DNA of 63,715 bases, the filler included, from Craspedostauros australis (Eukaryota), in assembly GCA_030167865.1 (NCBI GenBank). It is 8 parts of 8 records of this genome, joined end to end, with 100 filler letters (N's around TTAATTAATTAA, not from the genome) between each part and the next. Parts side by side here need not be neighbours in the genome. Positions count along the whole stretch, not along the records: positions 1 to 29,121 come from JALAGF010005191.1; 7 more parts are not named here. One strand, given 5' to 3'. Made by a program: the position numbers and the translations under genes. Below, piece after piece: positions 12,559 to 24,388 of this stretch (positions are counted from its first letter, which is position 1; every line of letters begins with the position of its first letter). Below the pieces are notes generated by a model, which had not been told where the DNA came from, did not search any database, and saw only the letters and a program-made list of their open reading frames with translations.

Positions 12559-13293
12559 CTGTCATGGTCAGGACACGAAAGAGGGCGAAGAGGAAGGACA
12601 GCAGTATCAGTATCAGCGGCAGCAGAAGCGTGATCGGACGGACAGAGGCGATAGCGGATGGTAACAATCGATCCGTGTATTAGATGGACAGACGCATGTG
12701 TGTGGTGTATGATACGTCGCGCATTCCGAGTTGGGAGGTGGAAGGGCATAATGACCCATCATGCAACGGAAGAAGGCGAGGGAGAACGGTGCAGTGTGAG
12801 GTGCGGAGATGGAAGAGGTTAGTGAGTCGGTGAAGGCAGAGGGTGAATGACGAGGTGGTAATGCGCAGGTCTAAGGGGGGATGCAAACGCAGGCGAGCTC
12901 AGATGTGTCCACGCGCGGGTTAGGTGTTAGTGTCGCGATTGGTTGCGCTCGGGATCCATTCCTGATGCGGCGCAGCAGAGTTGATCGAACCAAAACCAGG
13001 GTTGGTTTGTCACTTTGATGGACTGGGTTTTGTCTGCCTCTCAGCATGTGTTCTGCGGTGTGTGGGCGCCTTCGCTATGATTTTCGCAAAGCCCCGCAGT
13101 TGGTGGGCAAAAACGAAGGCGGCAGATACAGCGACAAGGTTTTTTGGTGTTGGTCCGATCATTGGGATGGCTGTGCAATCTGCTGCTCGCTTTCGTTCTC
13201 CGCACCGCATGCCTGGGTGTTCGTGACAAAAGCGCAGGGGGCCCTGTGTGGTTAGAACGCCAGTGAACGCACGGCGGATCCTGCTCAACTTGC

Positions 13294-13310
13294 CATTGGC
13301 TCTGGAGGGA

Positions 13311-13344
<34 letters not shown>

Positions 13345-13398
13345 CTGCTCCTTTTTGTGCTTGGACGACTTCTTCTTGAATAGCGGAAACCCCTTCAT
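13294..13398 (-). CDS. Putative alternative first exon 1b of the PKG-like kinase (MKGFPLFKKKSSKHKKE-polyQ-LPPEPM)
   Basis: ATG in CACCATG context, 35 codons, ending at ATG|GCAAGT (GC-type donor, phase 0), compatible with the phase-0 acceptor at 12558. Confidence 0.5.
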
Positions 13399-13941
13399 GG
13401 TGCCGTTGTCTTGGTGCAGCGCAGCCGGATGTCAGGGATGGCGTTGTTGCTGTTGTTGCTGTTGTTGCTGATCCTGGAGGTTGGACGATGGGTTCCTGCT
13501 GGCGATGGCGATGGTTATTGTCGTCGTGTTTATTATTGTTGTTGCTGTTACGACGCAACAGCGTTGGTTGTCCCAACCACACCAAGGGGAGAAATCCACG
13601 CCTGCGTATCCTCGTTCTTTGATCCGCACTGCTCCTGCTGTTGCTGCTGCTTCTTGCCAGTTGTTGCATGTGCGTTGGGTGCGCGTTGGATCACTACCAG
13701 AGAGGTACGTACACACGAACACTCAACCACCACTTTACAGGCGCCGAACACAAGAACATCACCAAAAACAGGGAGGGAAGCCAAACAGACAAAAAGCGCC
13801 CTGGCGGTCCTGGACACGACAAAGACACAGCAACAAGAGTCATTTTGATTCGGCAACAGAACTCTGTCGTGACGACCAAAAACCTCGCAGTCCAGTCCAA
13901 CAGAGCTCGTGCCATAGAAGCATCACGAGAGGGAATCTTAC

Positions 13942-14202
13942 CTCGGTTTCTTGGTACCCGTACATCTCCTCGTCTTCCTTGGTGCCTGCTGCTTTGGGTG
14001 TCGCTACCCTTTCATCGACAGTCGGAGGGCGCTGCTGATGAGACGAATTTTGCGGCGGCGTCTGTTGTTGTCCTTGCTGTTGCTGCTGCTGGTGCTCCGG
14101 CAGAACGGAACGATGGTCGTGTCTCTCGTCGAGGGACGGAGCCTTGCCCGAGGCAGCTGCCGTCTCCTCCACCGCTGTTTCCTTGCTTGAGCACAGACCC
14201 AT
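13942..14202 (-). CDS. Putative first exon 1a of the PKG-like kinase (MGLCSSK..., myristoylation/palmitoylation-type N-terminus)
   Basis: 87 codons beginning MGLCSSKE and ending at GAG|GTAAGA (phase 0), compatible with the acceptor at 12558. Confidence 0.7.
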
Positions 14203-15691
14203 TGTCGAATTTGATGCCTTGTTGGTTGAGGGCGTTGCGCTACTCTACGTCGGATTCCTGGCTCTTGCGTTTCGCTGCGTCGGGTCTCGTTTCCGTCCTT
14301 CGGAAGCCGCACCAAAACCACTCGAACAAGGGAACTGTCATGCACCACAATGACTTTGCGCAGCCTCTCCGCCGTCGTTCACGTACCATCGGTCGTGCGC
14401 GTACCTGGGATGTGCCACACGCACGAGCGGCATCAGCCACCAACCGCAACAACAGAACCACACAGGAACCGTTGTTTGCCCTGGCTGGCTGGCCTGCCAG
14501 GCTGCCCCACCGCAACGGCGGCTGCGACGTCGCAGGAACAACAGGCGACAACGACCATGAGTCACGCGATTTCGCGTTGTGACATGGCACAAGACATGCA
14601 ACAGGACAGAAGGTCGACCCGAGCTCACGCGCGCTTGCGCGCGTGCGTGGCCATTTCGTTCCATTTTTTGTCCACATTTGCCCAATGAACGATTCAGGAA
14701 TCGGTCAGCATCTTTTGTGTAGTATCCAAACCCCTAGAATCAAAACGAGGCTTGTTACGATGATGGTATCCTGCCTCCGCGGTGAATACTGCATTGATCA
14801 GGTACCATTGTCCACAATCCAACAAAACGCAAGCCCGCCCTCACAATTTGGAGCGGGTTGGACTCTCTCTCTCTCTTGACACACAGAGAGAGACATGGAA
14901 GTATGCAACATATTCGCACGTGTATAATGTATGGCAGAGGTTGGATCGAGATGTTCCATGAGTACTTGTACACATGAGCAGAACAGCGTTCAGGATATTC
15001 CCACATCGAGCACGAGTGCAAGTGGTCGGCGACTCCAAGTGGACTCTAACTGCAATACAACACAACACAAGAGTCTACTCTGCTCTGCCCTGATCTAAGT
15101 CTACTCTACTCTACTCTGAATACTTTACGTATGCCTGTACGCCTGGCATGAACCTGAGGAAGGAGCACAACAGTTGATCATTGGAAGAGTGGGGCCTGTT
15201 CATCATTTTGTGGAGGAGCCTTCACGATGCTTGTTGGACATGTGGCTTCCACCCTCCCAATCTATTATATTCTACCTCCCTACATGCCACATACGTACTA
15301 TTGCGTTCTACAATGGTGGGCTCCATATCAATCGCAGTACAAGTAAAATCCTATTGACATTGAACTTGCATTTACAACAATATTATATCCTACAATGGAT
15401 AGGTCGTACACCAGTAGCGATCGAGAGTGATGGGTGCAGATGTCTGGAGATGGGAGGAGGGCTGCGCGATCCTCATGGTGGTATGTATGGGTCGCTGCTT
15501 GTCACTCTCTCCCTCTCCGTCTCTATCACCGTCCCAGCCGACGAGCATGCGTGCTGCGTGCGTGCAACTGTCTGTCTCTCGATCGTTGGATGACTGAATC
15601 GCTGGATCGCCTCCCTCGCCTTGCAATCACACACCGCCGCACACCATCGCACTTCCTCACACGTCTTCGCTTCCAACTGGCCTGGTCGAGC

Positions 15692-18600
15692 CTAAGCGGC
15701 ATTCTTCAACGCATTCTCACGCTTCATGACGTCTCTCATGATGCGGAGCCATCCACAGATGAGCAGCGCCTCGTCGTTGTCCTTGCACTGGAAGGAGATG
15801 GATCGTGGCTTGTCAGCGAAAGCGTACTCGAGCGTGATCTGGACACCCTTGCGGTACCTGTCGAAGAGCTTCTTGGGGACCGGGCTCGCCAGCTTGGGTT
15901 TGTCGTCGATGCTGACGTCCTTGAGATCAACGATGAACATGCCGCCATGCCCGGCCTTGTCCATGTTCTTCGCCATGGAGTACCCACCAGCCTTGGGGTT
16001 GAACTTCTTCAACCACAACAGGCAGTGCGGGCAAGTCGTCTCCCTGCGACCGGTGTTGCTGCTCGACCCGTACGCCGAGATGGTGGTGAGTTCGATGGAG
16101 GTGGTGAAGTATCGCAACTGCCATTGGTTCCTGGTGTTGAGTTTCAGCACCTCCATGCCATCCGTCGCGAGACTCTTCGTGAACTTCTCAATCAGCACCT
16201 GCTGCTTCGACGAAAGGCGAAGTGGGATCGTAGGGCTCCCGTACTTCCGTCGCTTGTGATCGTCCGTCCTCTCTGAGACGAACGTCGCCGTCTCCATGTC
16301 TGAATAGCTTGTCATCCCCCTCGTCAGATGCCCACTCGTAGTAGTCACGTAAGTCTGCGACTCGAAGGACGACGTGGAGGAATTGTCGGAGAAGTCAGGC
16401 GAGTGCACCATCAGCAGGCGGTTGACTTGGGAAGAAATGGCGTTGGTTGCGAAGTTGAGGAGCTTGCCGCGCGCCTCCTCGCGACGCTTGATCTGCTCGT
16501 CTCGCTTCCGGCTTGTCTCCACCGACTGCGAGTCTTCGTGAGCGTCCCAGTTGATTATTCGACGCTCATCGCCGTCCTTGTCGTCGTCCCAGCTGTTCCA
16601 AGCTTCATCCACATCGTGGCCGTGGTCGTCGCGGTTGTCGCGCTTGCCGCGGTGGTCATGGTGGCCGTCGTTGCGCCCATCCTTGTCGTTGTCGTCATGG
16701 GAACGATGGTGGTCTGCGCCTGTGGCATCCATGTCATGTGACATCGTGCTTGTCACGCTCACTTCGGACCTTCCACTCATGCACGAGCTGTTATCGGATT
16801 GGTAGCTGGCAACAACGTCGTCTTCGTTAGTGAAGTCGAAGTGCACGTCATCCTCTGGGAACTGGCAAATCCCGTTGGTGACGCCTTGGAAGAGAGAGTC
16901 ACCAATTCCGCAGCTGAGATTGAGGAACATGGAACTTGCTGGAAGTTTTTGATCGTTGCTGGTCTCCGTGGGAGTCTTGTCAGATCCGGATTTCGAAGTC
17001 GTGGTCGTGTTCATGCTCGTACTCGCGCTCGTGATGGAAGCAGCAGCAGTGCTCTTTCCGTGGCTTGCTTTGTTCTTGGCATCCCTCCTATCCTTCTCCT
17101 TCTCCTTGCGTTTACCTTTGCCGTTGCCTTTGACGTTGCCTTTGACGTTGCCTTTGACGTTGCCTTTGACGTTGCCTTTGTCAAGGATCTTCTTGTCGTT
17201 CGGCGCATCTCCGTCCTCGAGCTTCTTGCTATTTTTTGCCCGTGTGGTTTCCGCCTCCAACGTATCTTGTGTGCTAGTGGAATCGCTCGAGGCGCGGCCT
17301 CCCAAGATGGAGGTCTCATCGGCAGGTGGATCCTGCGCTCCTCGCGCCTTGCCGTTGATATCAACTTCCACGCCGGGATCGATGAAGTCCTCGTCCTCTT
17401 CAACTTCATCCGCCGGCGTTTTGAGTTTCAATCTCAGCCGTGGCCTACCTCCTTCCTCCGCGGATTTCTTCTTCATCTCTTCGCTTGCTTCCTCTTGCGA
17501 CGAAAACGAATTTGCAACCCCAGCCCCGATGTTTGCCTTCGCTTCACGGGCACCGGCAGCCGTTGTGGACGACTCCGGTCCTGCATCGTCCTTGCCACCA
17601 TGCTCCGTGTTCTGCTTCCAGAGCGGAATGAAGATGCTCTTCGTCGCTGATTGGGACACATCAGCAGTCTTCCTCACAGCCTTGGTGGGCGCACGACTGG
17701 TCGCCTGTTCGTCTTTCCCATTGTCAGCTGCTTGAGCTGTGCGATCGCCTGACTTTTGAACGCCGAGACGAGTGGGGGTCGGGAGGCGCGTGGCTGCTTG
17801 ACGCTTGGCGGGGCTTCGTGCTGCACCCTCTTCGTCGTGCTCTTTCGCGGCCGTGGACGGATTTGTGGGGACGGCGCTTGCGAAAATCGACGTTGTGATT
17901 TCAGAACCGACGGTCTTGATAGCGTCATGGTGCACAATGGTTCCGGAGCGGTCGTTGGTGGACAGCGACAGGGCGTTTAGCGATTCTTCTGTCAGTTTGG
18001 GTGATTCTCGCGTTCTTGATTTGATGGGGGCGACGGTCCGTCTCGCAGGTTTGCTAGACGGTGAACCGGCCCCTGCGTTGGCTCGGCGGAGCGAAAGTTT
18101 TCGCGCTCCTCTCTCGGATCCCATCGCTTCGTCCAATCCTTCGAAGATGTCATCCGGATCGTCTGAGGGGGTCCTTCCGTCTGTTGCGATGCCGCCAGCT
18201 GCAGCAGCAGCAGCGTCGTCGCGACTGCCAGTGCCAAAGAATTTCAGTCTGTTCGAGTTCGGCGGGATAGGTGGAATTCCTGCAAGGATGTCGGTGATCC
18301 CACTTGGATTGGGGCTGGCGGTGGATATCTGAGAGGACTGTGTCGAGCTGCGTTCGAATGCAGCCGAAGTTTGTTTAACGTTTGACTTCGGGGTCCCCCA
18401 CGAGAATCTTCGCTCTTTGCGCACCTTCCTCGCGGAAGGTCGATCAGTCAAGCAAACACGACCATTTCGGCTCGAAACGGCAGGCGAGGGGTCTTGCTGC
18501 GGGCCCACGCTCGAATTCGCACTCGTGGCTGTGCTTGCGCTCGAGCTGCCTGCGACACTGGCGCTTTGGGATGGACTTCGACGGAAGACTTTCTTGATCG

Positions 18601-21600
18601 CCTTCGGAACCTGGAATGCTTTCTTCATCCACTGCCTCGCATCTCTCTTGCTGGAAGTTCCGCTGATTGTCGTCCTTGCGCCGATGCTGGCACTGACGCT
18701 TGCGCCGCCGCTCGCAGCAGCACTGCCACTGATGCTTTGCGACTCTTCGTTGCGGAGTTTGTGCGCAGAACCGTCATCCGTCGTCGTAACGCTCGAACCT
18801 CTCTCCTTCGTCGTGTTGGGAGTGCAGGTCTGTAGTTGCGATCCATCACCACCTTCATCCTGCTGTGTGTCAACTCGCAGAAGACTGTCGTCAATCGATT
18901 CCGAAGCAACGAGGTGATTTTTCGCTCGCGATCGCTGCCTATTCGTGACAGTGCTCTCGGCATATTTTGGCGGGAGAGCATTGCGTCTTTCCTTTGATGC
19001 GGCGCGGATGCGGTTGTTGCCTTTGACCTGATCAATTGCGTCTTCGGATTTGCCTGCCAAATGCTGTTTTGACTTGTTCACAGACTTCGCCTCTTGGGCT
19101 CTGAGGACAAGCTCGTCAAGGTCATTGGGAATGAGGCTGCCGATGGAAAGGCTCGGCGATGATGGCGTTTCGGAAATGGAGTGCCCAGTATCACCGATGG
19201 TTTCCGCACCTGGAGGAGCAGCACCGTTGTCCGCGGCAGATCCTTGGAGAGGAGTCTCGGCTTCTACCTGGAGGCGTGTCCCAGCATCCTCGGCTCTAGC
19301 GCTGACGGCAGGCTCGTGGCCATTTTCTGCCTCGTGAACGTCCTGCACGACGTATGCTCCATCACCTTGTTTGCGAAGCACACCTCCGGGGGGACTCGGG
19401 ATGTCTCGGCTGCACACCGATGATGCTCTGACCGATTCCATCTCATTGCGGTCCTGGGCCTCTGCGTTGGCGGTGGCAAGCTCCTCGTCATGCGCGTTGG
19501 GCGTAGATTGAAGCTGTTTTGCGGCCACGGCTGTCGGGGTAGCTTCGCTCACCACTTCGATGACAGTCTCAGTTGGAACCTCGGCCAGTGACGGCTTGCT
19601 CCCTGTTTCCTGAGCTGCGCCAGCCATATCCTGATCCTGATGAGAAGCCGGTGCGTCGCGCGGGGTTGAACGGAGAACCGCGCCATCTGAATTCTTGGTG
19701 GATGAGATACGGCTCACCAGCTCGTGGACGCTTGCTCCCTCGGGATCCGAAGCCGATGCTGGTGCCTCCTTTGAGCTCTCTTCTCCCTGAAGTGTCGCAT
19801 GCTCGGTCGGCGCCTTCAATTGCTGACCGTCGTCACAGAGAGAATCCTCCGGAGCACAATCCAAATCGAGATCGAGGTCAAGATGCGAACCGCTTTCCAT
19901 TCCAATGTCAATCCCAGCGTCGTACACTTGGCTGCCACTGCCGCTGCCACTGCCAGTGGTACTACCGCCGACCTGGTCCTCGAAGTCGTCGGTGTCCGCG
20001 TCGGCTCCACCGGCATTCTCGGGAGGAGCCACCGCAACGGCAACGGCAATGGTACCGGCTTCGTCTGCCAAGAGTTCCACTTCTCCGTTCTCGGGAGCCG
20101 CATCGCCCAAAGTGTCAGAAGGTTCCGATGCATTGGCGATGGCTTGATCATCGGGTTCTGGTGACGGCGCTTCGCCCACGCTTTCGGTGCACTCATTCTG
20201 CGTACAGTCGTCCAAATCGGAAGTCTCGGGGTTGGAAACCGATTCGTCGACAAGGTCTCCCTGTGGAGCCTGACTGTGCTTGGTTGGATTCCTTCCTTGT
20301 TGACGGAGAGGCTCTGTGTGCGCGATTTTGGGGGCACGTGTGCAGTGAATATTCGAATGTGAGATGGGGTGGAGTAAACATGAAGTGGAGCAAATGTCGC
20401 GGTGAACATACACACACATGTAGTACCACAAGACGGCAAGGCAAGGCGAGGCAAACAAAGAAGCGAAAATGAAAAACAAGCGCGGAATGATGGAAGTTGT
20501 GAGTATACGCACAGGAAGGATGAACCAGGGTAAGAGCGAGGACCCGTTCCTTCGCTATTCGGTCAAGTGGGGTTCACATACCTTTGACTGGAAGTGCAGA
20601 TGCGGCACGGGTGCTTCGTTCCTCAATCACTGGCCTTCGGGACTTGAAAGTCCGGAAGCTCGAGAGAAGGTCCTCTGAAAATGGTCTGTGGCGTGGCTGC
20701 CTTGGTGAGGCGCGCATCACGAAGGCTTTGTGCTGTGATCTTCGTGATGTCGTGGAGAAGCTTGACATGACGGACACATCATCGATGGAGTCGCGGGTCT
20801 TGACGTAGGCGTTCACATTTTCTGGAACATCATCCGGCTTAGTCTCATGCTCCACCTTTGCTCGCAAGGACGACTTCTTCAACGCAACAACGCGAGATGC
20901 TCGCGAAGACAAGCGTTTTGCCATGTCCGCTCTGCTTGCGCTTGATGTTGTTTGAGGTTGCTCCATGGACGATATCGGACCCTCCTCGGTTTGAATTGTC
21001 AGGTTCGTGGTACTGTTGCTCGGCTTGGCTGACAATCGATCTACTGCGGCGCTATTTGAATCCATATTGTGTAAAGATCTCGGTGATGTGATGGCGGTCC
21101 GGCCAGCTCTTGGTATCAACGCCGCTGCCCCAAGACCAAGACCGATACGAACAGCCCGTGGCTTCTGGGCAACAGCATCAGTTGACGTGCCTTCGCCACG
21201 CATCGTGGTATCCCCTGCGTGTACATGTTGAGGGTCGCTTGTTTTGTTGGGAGCCGGGGACATGCTCCGAGCGCGGGATCGCTCGTAAGAGCTGACTCGT
21301 TTCAGCGCCTGCGCCAGCTTCCCTGCACGCGATACTTTACCCGTCGAACCGTGAGAGTATACTGAACTCGCTTCGTCTCCATCCATCGCTTTCCCAGTGC
21401 CAGACTTCACCTTTGAGATTTGCATGTACTCGTCAATGCTTCGTTTCTTCGCAGGGTGTGGGATGCCGTGTGGGCGATGATCGTGGATCCTGTGTTTGTC
21501 AGTTTCTTGAGCCAGCTTGATCGCTGTCCTTGCAATCTTCGTCAGGTCTTGGGTGCTCAGCGAGGATCGTGCCGATGAGGACGAAGATGACGATCCCACG

Positions 21601-22229
21601 CTGCTCCTCTCTTCTTCCATGATGGTTGAGGCCGCGTCCAAGGATTCCTTCAGCTTGGTTCCGCCGCTTAGATCCAAATGGCTGAGAGACATGGGAGTTG
21701 GCATTGTTGCGTTCTCCAGCTGTTCGTCATCCTCGCGACAATCATCGCCATGTTTGCCATTTTCATCCGACGTTGGCGAGTCGTTCTCATCCTTGGGATT
21801 TCGACTGTCGTAGCCAGCCTTGCCCCGCAATTCTAACGCCTTTGCAGTGAGGTTGGCTGCTTCTGCCGCGGGCCATTCCAACCTGCTCGAATCAGTTTCA
21901 TTCTGTGAGAACACATTTCCGCTGTCAGATATTGGACTGAACGGAATCTTTGGCATTGTACCAGCTGGTGATTGCGGCTTGCCAGATCTCCCTTTCCTCA
22001 TCCTGTGCTGCTGCACCCAGTTCGCGTGCTTCTTTGCTCGCATCAGAGATGACGATGCAGCGGATGACGCGATGGAGGATATGTCGTCATCTTCCGCCTT
22101 GCTTGCGCCGCCACTCAGCCGGAAGCTGTTCGCTGGCGCGTGCGGGTTGTCAAAGAGCTTGATGCGCTCCCGAAGTGACTGCATCGTATCCAGAAGGGCG
22201 GATGGAACCGAATGCAGCCCTCCAAACAA
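15692..22229 (-). CDS. Very large (~2,090 aa) Ser/Ala/Asp-rich disordered protein with C-terminal PH-like domain, 2 exons (22229-20582, 20313-15692)
   Basis: Two long same-strand ORFs joined in frame by AAAG|GTATGT (20581) and CACAG|AG (20314). C-terminal GMEVLKLNTRNQWQLRYF...LLWLKK...SISFQCKDNDEALLICGWLRIMRD has a PH-like strand/terminal-helix pattern. Start codon uncertain. Confidence 0.7.
17117..17179. repeat. Coding 12-bp minisatellite (TTGACGTTGCCT x~5) encoding KGNV repeats
   Basis: Visible tandem; translates KGNVKGNVKGNVKGNVKGNGKG on the minus strand. Confidence 0.9.
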
Positions 22230-23248
22230 AGATCAGGAGATGATGTTGTCCGTCCTGTCCTGTTCGGTCGGAGGTACGTTGGTGTATCGTTTGGGGCCCA
22301 AATGTGGTCCAGCAAATAGGAAATGCGTCCAACGATTTGCTTGAGTTGAGATTGGGAAGAATGCGCGTCTGTGTTGATATGAATATGTCACGCGATGCCC
22401 TTGATGCTGTTGCTACGTTTGTTGTCGACGATGCTGTTGCCATCAGCTCGATCATTCTTTGTCCTATATCAAAATGACAGCAACAACAGACACGACAACG
22501 CCTTGTGGAGCTGGATGATGGAGCGACGAAAAGAGTTGGCCAACATGGCATCTTCGCCGGACCTGACATGTCGTTTGTTTCGATGTTTGACATCGGCCAA
22601 AATGTGACAACGACAAATCCGTTGTGGTTTTGCGCACCATCCGACCAACGGATTCGCCTTTCAATATTCCCATATATTCAGCCACGAATACATGTATGAA
22701 ACAGTAATCTTGAAGAAACTTGAGCGAGAACGCGAAGAGCAACGGATAATTACTTGTTCTCTTTTGTGTTGGCTCTTCTGTGACATTCGGACATTCCGAT
22801 GCGACGGCCAGACTTCGCAGAACCTCACCCCCCTTTTCTAGTCGTGGGTAATATCATTCACGAACACGAATGGAAACATGACACGACATCAAACCAACGC
22901 AGAACACCCGACACCACCAGCCAACCAATGACCAACTTTCAGCACTCTGGCGGCTGTCTCGATGAACCATTCACATTTTGCCGAGCAACACGAACAGAGA
23001 ACATGGAATGCTCTCTCTCTCTCTGTCTCTCTTTCCAGGGCTCTCTCCAGAGAGTATCATCCACCACAGAAGTGGCGAAGATGGATCGCAGAATGTCGGA
23101 GCACACAGTATAGTACTGGAAGTAGAAAACTTGCAGAACGGAACATCATCAAGCGGAGCAGGGCAGAGGCACTCTTTCCACTCCCACTCGTCCTCGTACG
23201 AGTATCGTGCCGTTGCCGCCGTCGTAGCCAGCGCTTGAAGGAACTACC

Positions 23249-24388
23249 ATGCCTCGTGTCAACGCCATGAACCGAGCCATCCACGTGACGACGTCCATCG
23301 GGGCGGGATCTGACAGTCAATCACCGGGAACCGTTTCCCTGGATCCCGCCAATGAGCCACTTGACGATCCTTCGCCATTGCAAAGAAGCAGCAGCAGCAG
23401 CAGGAGCAGCCGAGCGCAGAACACAGAGAAACCGAGGGGAGATGGGAAAAGCAAGCACCGACATGAGGTTGTGTCGGGGATCGAGTTCGACCATGTCTCG
23501 AACGGACTGAGACATTCGATTGGAATCAGCAATGGGTTGGCATACAGCTGGGGAAGGACCAACGCATTGGGTCAGCTGGGCCGACCCACATCGTCAAAGG
23601 CAGAGATGCGGAAGCCAAATCATGTTCACATACAGTTATTCGGTCACAACCAGACACCTTTCTCGTCGAAGCCTAATGCAAACGCGTCACATCGGACACC
23701 GCCGTTTGTCAAAGCCTTCGTTGGGGGATTCAGCGACTCGGGACATTCGGCGCTACTGGACTCGAACGGCATGCTCTGGATGGCAGGTTGCGATCGGTGG
23801 CAGCAGCTGGGCCTTGGTTCCCCCAAGGGCGGATCGTCAGGATACACTTGGATTGATGGGAAGCTGTGGCAAGAAGCGTTCCGGCCGGCCGCGCATTTGC
23901 TGCAGTTGATGAAGGAAGATGTAGACCGCCGATCGCCAAAACAAGGCAACACGACTCGCACCCAGCCCGCCCCTCCCCTTCACCTGGTCAGAGATGTCTC
24001 GTTGGGCGGCGATCATACCTTGGTGCTCTCAACCAACCGACGCGACGTGTATGCCTTCGGCAAGGGTGGTGAAGGTCAAATAGGATTGAAAACGAAGCCA
24101 TTCGTGTCAGCACCGGTGAGGTCGACCGCGCTTTCTCTTGGGGCAGGCGCATCGTCGATCGATCAGTCTTCGACAAAGCCGCAAGGAATGCAGCATCGTC
24201 AAGCAACCAAACTCATCGCTGCGGTCTGTGCTGTGGAGTCATGTTCGATGACACTGGATGAGTCGGGAGCTGTGCTCACGAAGGCAGGGAAATGCCGTGC
24301 TTTGAACAGGAAGGTGGCTGAAGGCTTACGCCGATGTCTCATCCGCGCAAAGAATCATGGTCTGCTGTCGCAGACGTCTTCATCTTGA
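23249..24388 (+). CDS. RCC1-repeat (beta-propeller) protein
   Basis: Three RCC1-type repeats: GLRHSIG..NGLAYSWGRTNALGQLG, GHSALLDSNGMLWMAGCDRWQQLGLG, SLGGDHTLVL...VYAFGKGGEGQIG. Confidence 0.88.
   Translation: MPRVNAMNRAIHVTTSIGAGSDSQSPGTVSLDPANEPLDDPSPLQRSSSSSRSSRAQNTEKPRGDGKSKHRHEVVSGIEFDHVSNGLRHSIGISNGLAYSWGRTNALGQLGRPTSSKAEMRKPNHVHIQLFGHNQTPFSSKPNANASHRTPPFVKAFVGGFSDSGHSALLDSNGMLWMAGCDRWQQLGLGSPKGGSSGYTWIDGKLWQEAFRPAAHLLQLMKEDVDRRSPKQGNTTRTQPAPPLHLVRDVSLGGDHTLVLSTNRRDVYAFGKGGEGQIGLKTKPFVSAPVRSTALSLGAGASSIDQSSTKPQGMQHRQATKLIAAVCAVESCSMTLDESGAVLTKAGKCRALNRKVAEGLRRCLIRAKNHGLLSQTSSS

Noticed and set aside
10345..12633. Long plus-strand ORFs antisense to the kinase (similar ones overlap 15.7-20.5 kb and 52-54 kb)
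   Set aside because: Shadow ORFs expected from GC-rich codon bias of the real gene; no motifs
13010..13669. 219-aa poly-Ala/Thr ORF as an independent gene or internal kinase exon
   Set aside because: It is an alternative reading of CAG/CAA repeats; a phase-0 acceptor exists at 13495 but I found no convincing in-phase donor. Not fully excluded
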